Shown here one piece after another: positions 7,756 through 14,797 of a stretch of 24,000 nt of DNA; within the stretch, counting starts at the first letter, position 1, and each line of letters opens with the position of its first letter. The stretch comes from an uncultured Erysipelotrichaceae bacterium (GTDB lineage Bacteria; Bacillota_I; Bacilli_A; Erysipelotrichales; Erysipelotrichaceae). A program made the translations under genes and the position numbers. The DNA lies in NCBI GenBank assembly GCA_945875435.1, contig CAMCKH010000008.1, forward strand, positions 1-24,000, in the 5' to 3' direction. A model generated the notes under the pieces. The model was given only the letters and a program-made list of their open reading frames with translations. It was not told the origin of the DNA and did not search any database.

Positions 7756-9167
7756 TAATTTAATGCTTTCTTTAAATTTTCTAAATTATTTTTCATTATT
7801 TCAATATATGAAATACCTTCACTAAGTTCTTCCTTACTTAGATTATGTGCTGAATGTAAAACTAAAACTTCGGTATTTGTAGCTTCTTGAATAGAACTTG
7901 CGATTTTTCCATCAGAAAGTTCTAATTTAAACACTACTGGTAATTTTTCATTTCTAACCACATCAACTAAAAATTTTACAGTTGCTGCATCAGCTTCGAT
8001 ATCAACTGAACAACCACTAAATGCTGCGAAATAATCTAAGTTATAATCATCAGACAAATATCTAAATGGATATCTATCTCCTACCACTATTAATTTTCGT
8101 TTACTGTTTTGTATTGTTTGAGCATACTCGCTATCTAATTTTTTTAACTCTTCAATATATTTTTGGGCGTTTTCTTGATAAAAACTCGCATTTTCAGGAT
8201 CTAATTCTGAATATATAGCAGTTAATTTTTCTACTATTTGAATTGAATTGTTGATTGATAACCATACGTGTTCATCAACTAAATGGTGATGTTCATCGCT
8301 ATGCCCACTAAAAATATATTCTTGAATTTCTGCTATATCTTGATTTTTATTGTAATATGTATTTTCTTCATTTTCTAAGATATTTGAAACATCATTACCA
8401 TATATAAAATGGAAATGTTTTAATTCTTCTTCGCCATGATCACTTAAAGCTACATATTTTGGAAATTTATCATCATAATTTTTATTTTCATAAATAAACC
8501 AAACTTCTGATATTTCCCCTTCTTCATTTTTAACCACTGAATGAGAATAGAAATCAAATTTATAATCATTTATACTTCCGTTTTCTATTTTTATAGTTGG
8601 AAAATCTGTTTCACTAGAATTTAGATATTCTGTTTTAAGTTCATCAAAACTATGTTCTTCATCTGCCATAGCTTTTAAAAGTTCATCAAAAACACCTTCT
8701 TGTATCAATGAATAGTTGCTGATAAATTCACCTGAAAAATCATCTATATTTCTTGCTTTAAGATCGTTTTCAGAAATTTCATGGTGATGTGAATGATCAC
8801 TTTGCATTCCCTCTTTAATCTCTTCTTCTACTGTATCTACCATATCAATTAAACGATATAAAGCAGGTTTCTTACTTAAATCATTAACAACTTCTTCAAT
8901 CCAATGATCGTTTTCACCACCTACATAAATAAAGACATCACTATTTTCAATATTTTTAATATCTTGAGGACTAGGTTCAAAAGAATGAGATTCTGCTCCT
9001 GGTTTTAAAAGCATAGTAACATTAGCTCTATCCTTTACAATTTCTTTAGTGAAATCATATTGAGGAAAAATGGTAGTTATAATATTTAATTTATTGTCAT
9101 CAACTACTTTTTTCTCACCACAACCCACCAATAATAATATAATTAATAAAATTAAAATTTTTTTCAT
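7755..9167 (-). CDS. znuA: Zinc ABC transporter substrate-binding lipoprotein (ZnuA/AdcA family) with an internal ZinT-like domain
   Basis: Start placed at ATG 9167 (MKKILILL...LLVGCGEKK lipobox), preceded by TAGGAG. Cluster A-I SBP motifs are present: PGAESHSFEPSP and DEHVWLS. Between them lie the His-rich stretches SDHSHHHE and GHSDEHHH. These flank about 160 aa that resemble ZinT/YodA: NIDDFSGEFISNYSLIQEG, PKYVALSDHGEEELKHFHFIYGND. Confidence 0.85.
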   Translation of the reverse strand: MKKILILLIILLLVGCGEKKVVDDNKLNIITTIFPQYDFTKEIVKDRANVTMLLKPGAESHSFEPSPQDIKNIENSDVFIYVGGENDHWIEEVVNDLSKKPALYRLIDMVDTVEEEIKEGMQSDHSHHHEISENDLKARNIDDFSGEFISNYSLIQEGVFDELLKAMADEEHSFDELKTEYLNSSETDFPTIKIENGSINDYKFDFYSHSVVKNEEGEISEVWFIYENKNYDDKFPKYVALSDHGEEELKHFHFIYGNDVSNILENEENTYYNKNQDIAEIQEYIFSGHSDEHHHLVDEHVWLSINNSIQIVEKLTAIYSELDPENASFYQENAQKYIEELKKLDSEYAQTIQNSKRKLIVVGDRYPFRYLSDDYNLDYFAAFSGCSVDIEADAATVKFLVDVVRNEKLPVVFKLELSDGKIASSIQEATNTEVLVLHSAHNLSKEELSEGISYIEIMKNNLENLKKALN

Positions 9168-9175
9168 CTTAGCTC

Positions 9176-9571
9176 CTATTTGCATTTATTGCACTTTCCA
9201 TAATACATCGTCTTATAAGGATCTATTAAAAACCCATACTTAGCACTAATCTTGTTTTCAAACTCCAAAATATCAAAAAGTTCCATATGAAAAACTTCTA
9301 AACAACTATCACACACAAAATGTGGATGATTGCATTTCTTAGCTACATATTGAAAACAAGCTCCAGAAACATTATCTAATTTATACTTATTCACAACACC
9401 TTCTTTAAGTAAATTTTCTAAACAACGATAGATAGTTGTTAAGCCTACTTTTTTGCCATTGTTGTTGAGATATTTTTCTAGATCTTTAATAGTTATATGT
9501 TTGTCTTGTTTATCCTTTAAAAAGTCAACAATTAATTTTTTTTGATTTGTCTTATAATTTGTTCTGCTCAT
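9176..9571 (-). CDS. zur: Fur-family transcriptional regulator, probable zinc uptake regulator Zur
   Basis: 131 aa. N-terminal winged-helix region (TTIYRCLENLLKEGVV) and paired CxxC motifs (VCDSC, CNKC). It is the first gene of the znu operon, and its TAG stop sits inside the znuA RBS. Confidence 0.8.
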   Translation of the reverse strand: MSRTNYKTNQKKLIVDFLKDKQDKHITIKDLEKYLNNNGKKVGLTTIYRCLENLLKEGVVNKYKLDNVSGACFQYVAKKCNHPHFVCDSCLEVFHMELFDILEFENKISAKYGFLIDPYKTMYYGKCNKCK

Positions 9572-9580
9572 ATATGATTT

Positions 9581-9632
9581 TGAAAAACATTTTTATTTTA
9601 ACATTATTAATTGAAATTGAAAAGCATTTTTA
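9581..9632. promoter_or_regulatory. Two copies of a 15-bp imperfect 7-1-7 inverted repeat (candidate Zur/Fur-type boxes)
   Basis: tgaaaaacattttta (9581..9595) and tgaaaagcattttta (9618..9632) are 14/15 identical and 37 bp apart. One overlaps the -35 and the other overlaps the -10/TSS region. Their shape is loosely that of Fur-family boxes (TGATAAT-n-ATTATCA). The sequence is low-complexity, so this could be chance. Confidence 0.35.
9595..9623 (-). promoter_or_regulatory. Putative zur-znu promoter (extended -10)
   Basis: On the minus strand, TTTTCA (9623..9618), 17 nt, then TGTTAAAAT (TG at 9603..9602, -10 at 9600..9595). A 9-bp palindrome ATTATTAAT (9603..9611) sits in the spacer. No Shine-Dalgarno is visible in the 23 nt between the -10 and the ATG. 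Confidence 0.45.
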
Positions 9633-9640
9633 AATTAAAA

Positions 9641-9660
9641 AAAACAAGTTTCCTTGTTTT
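9641..9660 (-). terminator. Rho-independent terminator downstream of rpoE
   Basis: Stem aaaacaag / cttgtttt with a 4-nt loop, overlapping the rpoE stop. The minus strand reads AAAACAAGGAAACTTGTTTTTTTTAATTT. Confidence 0.65.
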
Positions 9661-10063
9661 AGTTATCTATATTAGGTTCAATTTCTTGTTTTAAACGCTT
9701 AATATCTTCATAATCGTCATCTTCTTCATAGTCTTCAAGATCGCGATTTTCTTCTTCATTTATTTCTTCAAAATTATCTTCATCCTCATCATCATCTAAA
9801 TCTATTAAATGTTCATCGATATGAATATAAGTTTCACTAAATTTTACTCTATCAGTTAAATCCCAACGATTATTTTTAAGTGAAGTAAATCTTTTATCTA
9901 AAGATAAATCAGTATAAAACTGTGATGCCTTGGCTTTCTTTTGGTTTTCATCTAGTTCGGAAATAATTGCGACTTTTTCATAAAGTTTTAAAAAAGCAAG
10001 TGGGGTTTTTCTAGATGTTAAAATATCAAATGCGATATCAATCATAGCTTTTTTCTGTAACAT
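9659..10063 (-). CDS. rpoE: DNA-directed RNA polymerase delta subunit
   Basis: 134 aa. The N-terminal domain (AMIDIAFDIL...FYTDLSLDKRFTSL...WDL) parallels the B. subtilis RpoE N-terminus, and it is followed by the characteristic long Asp/Glu-rich tail. RBS AAGGAG lies 5 nt upstream of ATG 10063, so the 26-nt overlap with the upstream gene appears real. Confidence 0.85.
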   Translation of the reverse strand: MLQKKAMIDIAFDILTSRKTPLAFLKLYEKVAIISELDENQKKAKASQFYTDLSLDKRFTSLKNNRWDLTDRVKFSETYIHIDEHLIDLDDDEDEDNFEEINEEENRDLEDYEEDDDYEDIKRLKQEIEPNIDN

Positions 10064-10400
10064 AATTTCTCCTTATAGTATATATAAATATTTCTTTTTC
10101 TAACTCGTACTTTAAAACAGTTTCTGTTTCATTATATCTATAATCAATTACTCGCAAAGGAAGATCTACTTCTCCTTCTTTGCTTGTGATTTTCAAAAAA
10201 CTATCATTCGCAATATATAATTCTAATCTATAGTCAGCTTCACGAATAAGGTGTAGTTTATTGAATGAAAAATCTAATCTAGTATTAAAGCCCAATAAAT
10301 CTTTAAACTCATAGAAATCTTGATTTTTAATCATATTTCCTTTGAATAAAATTGTTTTTTCTTTTTGAAAAACATTTTCTAGATTTATAATAACTTCCAT
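10038..10400 (-). CDS. Hypothetical protein (possibly a DUF1934-like small beta-rich protein)
   Basis: 120-aa ORF co-oriented with and overlapping rpoE, immediately downstream of a near-consensus promoter. The family assignment is a weak recollection only. Confidence 0.6.
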   Translation of the reverse strand: MEVIINLENVFQKEKTILFKGNMIKNQDFYEFKDLLGFNTRLDFSFNKLHLIREADYRLELYIANDSFLKITSKEGEVDLPLRVIDYRYNETETVLKYELEKEIFIYTIRRNYVTEKSYD

Positions 10401-10410
10401 ACTCTAAAAA

Positions 10411-10438
10411 ATTATAAACTATATTTTTTTTATGTCAA
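10411..10438 (-). promoter_or_regulatory. Near-consensus promoter for the hypothetical-rpoE unit
   Basis: On the minus strand, TTGACA (10438..10433), 16 nt, then TATAAT (10416..10411). The -10 ends only 10 nt before ATG 10400 and there is no SD in between. Confidence 0.6.
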
Positions 10439-10493
10439 TAATTCTTAACCTTTAAAACACTTTTCATTACTTTATTCAGCATAAGGTACATAT

Positions 10494-11624
10494 CTAATCA
10501 AGGTTTCTGTTGATAATCGTATTTTTTACCTCAATTATCTCTTTGTTTATAAAATCAAAAAAGAAATAAACCTTACCAAAAGGATAATTTTTAGATCTTC
10601 CAACTCTGCCTGCAATTTGAGTTAAACTTGAAACATCAAAAATATCATCATTACTTTCAAACACCATCACATTCACATTTTCAAAAGTAACTCCTCTTTC
10701 TAAAATAGAGGTTGTAAAAAGAATATTAATCTTATTTTGTTCAAATTTATCAATTATTAACTCTTTATTTAAACTACTGCTAGTAATATAATCGCATTTA
10801 ATAAAATATTTAAAAAATTGATAAAATTTTAATGTTTTATTTTTAGTTGATAAAAAAACCAACCACTTTTCTTTAGTTTTTAATAAAATTAAAAAAATAA
10901 TAATTAAACTAATAAACTTAGGAAGCCAAAAAAGTTTTGGAACAATTAAATTATAATTATGCGGTCTTTTATTTAATCTAAGTTCTACTGTATTAATTTT
11001 AAATTTAGCTTTTAAATCTTGTTCAATGGTGGCGCTGCTATAAACAACTCTACCCTTACAACTATTTAAAGCTATATTAAATAAAACATCATTATTTTTA
11101 AAAGGAAAAGCATCCACTTCATCCAGTATCAACAAGTCAAAATATTTATAATAACGATATAGTTGATGGCAGGTACAAATTATTAAATCTCCATAAACTT
11201 CTTTACAATTACCACCATAAAGTTTAATTACTTTTAAATCTTTAAAATAATTAGAAAATCTTTGGTGTAATTGAACCACAACTTCTTTTCTACTAATCGC
11301 AAAACATACTTTTAATCCTTTTTTTAAATAGTAGCTAATAGCTTTTAAAGTTATTTCGGTTTTTCCAGCACCACATACACAATTTAAAACCACATCATTA
11401 CCATTGATTAAATTTTCCAATAAAGATTCTGATATTTTTAATTGGTTATCAGTTAAAATAAAAGGTAGTTGATAATCTGCATTTTTGTTTACATTATAAT
11501 CATTTACTATAAGCTCCTCTTCCAACAACAATCTTTTAAAATTACTACATTTACGACAATAATAGCCTTTACTACCTAAATAAAAATATATTTCTTTTTG
11601 ATTAAAACATCTTTTGCATCTCAC
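10494..11624 (-). CDS. comFA: ComFA-like DEAD/DEAH-box helicase (competence protein ComFA family)
   Basis: 376 aa. N-terminal 4-Cys zinc ribbon (CKRC...CRKC), Walker A CGAGKTE, DEVD box (LILDEVDAF), SAT motif, QIAGRVGR motif VI. GTG start at 11624 is the only in-frame start after an upstream TAA. No SD. Confidence 0.75.
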   Translation of the reverse strand: MRCKRCFNQKEIYFYLGSKGYYCRKCSNFKRLLLEEELIVNDYNVNKNADYQLPFILTDNQLKISESLLENLINGNDVVLNCVCGAGKTEITLKAISYYLKKGLKVCFAISRKEVVVQLHQRFSNYFKDLKVIKLYGGNCKEVYGDLIICTCHQLYRYYKYFDLLILDEVDAFPFKNNDVLFNIALNSCKGRVVYSSATIEQDLKAKFKINTVELRLNKRPHNYNLIVPKLFWLPKFISLIIIFLILLKTKEKWLVFLSTKNKTLKFYQFFKYFIKCDYITSSSLNKELIIDKFEQNKINILFTTSILERGVTFENVNVMVFESNDDIFDVSSLTQIAGRVGRSKNYPFGKVYFFFDFINKEIIEVKNTIINRNLD

Positions 11625-11661
11625 ATTAAATTATTACTTCTATCATAAATAATTCCTAAAA

Positions 11662-11680
11662 AAAGAGCTTATCGCTCTTT
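11662..11680 (-). terminator. Rho-independent terminator downstream of the peptidase genes
   Basis: Stem aaagagc / gctcttt with a 5-nt loop, overlapping the M20 stop codon. The minus strand reads AAAGAGCGATAAGCTCTTTTTTTAGG. Confidence 0.65.
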
Positions 11681-12758
11681 AATCAATCTCATTTAATTTA
11701 TAAAAGGCATAGCCATATATTTTACTGCATTTAATCAAATCATCAATGTCAATCCATTCATTTGGTAAATGAGCTATGCCGTTTTGACCAGGGAAGGAAG
11801 GACCGAAAGGAATAATGGTATCACAGTAATGAGCATAGGTATTGCCGGTAGTGGTGGTTGGTTTTAAATTTTCATTTTGAACCTTATTATAAACATCATT
11901 TAAAGTTTTAACTAAAATAGAGTTTTTATCTTTTAAAACTGTAGGAGTATTTTTAATTACTGTTAAGGTTAAATTTCCAATTTTAGCTTTAATTTTATCA
12001 ATAATCAATTCATTAGAAAAAGAATTACTACATATTGTAAAAATTAAATCTTTTTTATCATATCTAATATTTCTAATAATTAATTTCCCAAAATCTTCAT
12101 CAACAAAATCTAAATCTAATTTATTTAAAGTTTCTTGAGAATTTAAAAAATATTCTGCATAAAATTTTTGAACTTCTTCGCCACTAATTTTAAGCTCCAA
12201 CCTTCCTCTTTCTCCATAAATAGCTGGAAATTTATTATCCGGCACAAAACCCATAAGTGGTTTTTTTTCTTTAGTTAAATAATGCTTAATATCAGCCATA
12301 CCACTTTCTTCATCTGTGCCAAACACAAATCTAATAGGTCTTTTAAGCGGAATATTTAAAGATTTAAAAGCTAAAAAACCATAAAACGCTGCCAGACTAG
12401 GACCTTTATTGTCTAAGGCTCCTCTACCATAAATTCGATTATCTCTGATAGTCGCTTCAAAAGGAGGACTATCCCAAACGCCTTCCACCCCAACCACATC
12501 TAAATGACAAAAAACACCAATATAATCTTCTCCAAATCCATCTTGACCATAAGCCATAACTCCGTCAATATTTTTAGTTTTTAAATTATATTTTTCACAT
12601 AGCTTAATTGCCTTGGTTAAGGCTAAAAACGTGCCTTCTCCATTAGGCATATCTTTTTTAGCTTCACTTTTAATACTATTGATATTCACAAATTCAATCA
12701 CATCTTTAATTAGATTTTCTTTATTACAATCAATAAAATTATTTATTTTTTCAATCAT
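11679..12758 (-). CDS. M20-family metallopeptidase, PepV-like dipeptidase (short form)
   Basis: 359 aa. M20 ligand motifs HLDVV, GRGALDNKG, GTDEESG, VPDNKFPAIYGERG and a C-terminal GIAHLPNE. RBS AAAGGAG. Its ATG overlaps the upstream M42 stop (ATGA). By recollection it is shorter than classical PepV. Confidence 0.8.
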   Translation of the reverse strand: MIEKINNFIDCNKENLIKDVIEFVNINSIKSEAKKDMPNGEGTFLALTKAIKLCEKYNLKTKNIDGVMAYGQDGFGEDYIGVFCHLDVVGVEGVWDSPPFEATIRDNRIYGRGALDNKGPSLAAFYGFLAFKSLNIPLKRPIRFVFGTDEESGMADIKHYLTKEKKPLMGFVPDNKFPAIYGERGRLELKISGEEVQKFYAEYFLNSQETLNKLDLDFVDEDFGKLIIRNIRYDKKDLIFTICSNSFSNELIIDKIKAKIGNLTLTVIKNTPTVLKDKNSILVKTLNDVYNKVQNENLKPTTTTGNTYAHYCDTIIPFGPSFPGQNGIAHLPNEWIDIDDLIKCSKIYGYAFYKLNEID

Positions 12759-13792
12759 AAAAGCTCCTTTAATTTATCTTTATTAATATCATTAATAATA
12801 ATTTTTAAAAGTTTAATACATTCCAGTACATCGTTTATATGAAAGACGGTTGAGCTTGTATGCATATATCTTACTGGTATTGATAAAGTCATGTTGATAA
12901 TTCCATTTAAACTTTTATGAATATTTCCAGAATCTGTACCTCCACCATTGAATACTGCATATTGATACTTTATGTTGTGCAACTTACATAATTTTTCTAA
13001 ATATCTAATTAACTTTCTAGGTGCTAAAGAATTAGAATCAATTAAAGAAAGCACAACACCGTTATTTAAACGAGTGGCTCCTTTATTAAAGGGAGTATCG
13101 CTTGAAAGAGTAGTATCTAAATTTATCGCAATATCTGGTTTAATAATATTAGTTGCACCTCTAATCCCTCTTAAACCAACTTCTTCCTGACTACTAAAAA
13201 CACCATAAAAATTTTTATTCAATTTTGAATTTAAAACTTCCAACAAAATAAAATTATTAATCCTATTATCTATTGCTTTGCCTAAAAAATAACCTTCTTC
13301 ATTCAAAGGAATAAATTCACTGTCAAAAACAATCATATCTCCAATATCAATACCTAGCTTTTTAATCTCAATATCACTGCTTACTCCTAAATCAAGATAT
13401 AAATCTTCTATTTTAATAACTCTATCCCTATCTTTAAAACCATGAATCGCAGGGCTTCCTATAACTCCTTTAAAAACCTTACCTTCTTTATTAATTAATT
13501 TCATTCTAAACCCTGCTAGTAAGTGCGACCATAAAGAACCGATGTTTTGCATATAAATAAAACCATTTTTATCAATACTTTTAACCATCAATCCGACTTC
13601 ATCGCTATGAGCTGAAATCATTATTTTAAAATCATCGCTTTTATTATTTTTAAAAACTATTAGAGAGTTTAAACCATCTTTTTGAATTGTAAAATCTCCT
13701 TTTAAATTTTCAATAATTAAATTATTAATATTGTATTCCAAAGAAGATACCGCAGGAGTTTCACTTATTTTTTTTAAAAGTTTAATATTCAT
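12755..13792 (-). CDS. M42-family (TET/FrvX/CelM-type) aminopeptidase, catalytic residues intact
   Basis: 345 aa. All five M42 metal/catalytic motifs are present: AHSDEVG, KAIDNR, SQEEVGLRG, INLDTT, RYMHTS. Confidence 0.85.
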   Translation of the reverse strand: MNIKLLKKISETPAVSSLEYNINNLIIENLKGDFTIQKDGLNSLIVFKNNKSDDFKIMISAHSDEVGLMVKSIDKNGFIYMQNIGSLWSHLLAGFRMKLINKEGKVFKGVIGSPAIHGFKDRDRVIKIEDLYLDLGVSSDIEIKKLGIDIGDMIVFDSEFIPLNEEGYFLGKAIDNRINNFILLEVLNSKLNKNFYGVFSSQEEVGLRGIRGATNIIKPDIAINLDTTLSSDTPFNKGATRLNNGVVLSLIDSNSLAPRKLIRYLEKLCKLHNIKYQYAVFNGGGTDSGNIHKSLNGIINMTLSIPVRYMHTSSTVFHINDVLECIKLLKIIINDINKDKLKELL

Positions 13793-14756
13793 TTTTAACC
13801 TCTAAATCAATTAAATAATCATAAAGGCTATTGCTTAATTTTTTAAGATCATCAACGCTTAAAACCTCTACCCCACTATCAATTCCATAAATCCCAACAC
13901 CAACACTAAGACTTGGACAACCTTTTAAAGTTTTATGAATAAAACTGCCATCATTTACTTTTAAACCAAAATATTCTTTAGCTGTAATTTTGTTTTTAAA
14001 ATCTTCTAACAATTTTCTATTCGGAAGCATTAATCTGTCATAATAACCAACCACAACGCCATCATTAAAATTAAGATTACTATTTGAAATTTCAAATCCT
14101 GTCAAAACCAAACTTAAATCTGGTTCAATCACAAATGCACTTGTTTGGCTTCCTCTTTGACCGATAGTTGACATTCCTACAAAACCTAAAAATAAATCAT
14201 AATCTAAATCTATGTGTTTTAATTTTTCAATCAAAGAAATTATTACTTCAAACATCGCTTTTTGATTTAAAGCCTTAGAAATAATATGATTATTATTAAG
14301 TTTGAAATTATTTTGGTAACTAACTAAATCCCCAATAGAAACATTTTCATCAAAGGTTAAAATTGCTAGGTCATTAATTTCAATATTATTTTTATAATTT
14401 TCATTAAGTTTATATTTGTTTGTAACAATAATTCCTTTCGCAAAAGTATCATCTCTTTTTAAAATTTCAACTTCTTTATGGATTAAATTAAGTGGGCTGA
14501 TTGGCTCTAGACATAGAAAACTATATAAATTACCATTTTTATTATTGATTATTAATCCAACTTCATCTCCGCTACAACTTATTAAAACTTTTTTAGCATT
14601 AGGTTTTTTACTTTTTAAATGATAAAAAATACTGCCTAAATTATCTTCAATAAAAACTCCATCTTTAAATAATGATTTAAAATATTCTTTAAGATATACT
14701 TCATTACTACTTACGCTGTTAATATTGCATATTTTTTCTAATCTTTCAATATTCAT
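13782..14756 (-). CDS. M42-family paralog lacking all metal ligands (probable pseudo-peptidase)
   Basis: 324 aa and collinear with the neighbouring M42 protein. The equivalent positions read CSGDEVG (His->Ser), KALNQK (Asp->Asn), MSTIGQRG (Glu-Glu->Ser-Thr), LVLTGF (Asp->Thr) and IYGIDS (His->Ile). The ORF is intact, with RBS AAGGAG 5 nt upstream. Confidence 0.75.
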   Translation of the reverse strand: MNIERLEKICNINSVSSNEVYLKEYFKSLFKDGVFIEDNLGSIFYHLKSKKPNAKKVLISCSGDEVGLIINNKNGNLYSFLCLEPISPLNLIHKEVEILKRDDTFAKGIIVTNKYKLNENYKNNIEINDLAILTFDENVSIGDLVSYQNNFKLNNNHIISKALNQKAMFEVIISLIEKLKHIDLDYDLFLGFVGMSTIGQRGSQTSAFVIEPDLSLVLTGFEISNSNLNFNDGVVVGYYDRLMLPNRKLLEDFKNKITAKEYFGLKVNDGSFIHKTLKGCPSLSVGVGIYGIDSGVEVLSVDDLKKLSNSLYDYLIDLEVKNEY

Positions 14757-14771
14757 ATTACTCCTTAAAAT

Positions 14772-14795
14772 AAAGCACCACTATGGTGGTGCCTT
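14772..14795 (-). terminator. GC-rich hairpin plus T-tract between the GrdB-like gene and the peptidase genes (internal terminator/attenuator)
   Basis: The minus strand reads AAGGCACCAC-CATA-GTGGTGCTTT followed by ATTTTAAGGAGTAATATG. The stem is 10 bp with one mismatch and is the most GC-rich hairpin in the window. Its T-tract runs straight into the RBS of the next gene. Confidence 0.6.
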
Positions 14796-14797
14796 GT

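Noticed and set aside
9168-9185. 6-codon N-terminal extension of znuA overlapping zur
   Set aside because: ATG 9167 is preceded by TAGGAG and begins a canonical lipoprotein signal peptide (MKKILILL...VGC).
9659-9800. Asp/Glu-rich repetitive 3' region of rpoE as a tandem repeat or low-complexity anomaly
   Set aside because: A long acidic C-terminal tail is the defining feature of the RNA polymerase delta subunit.
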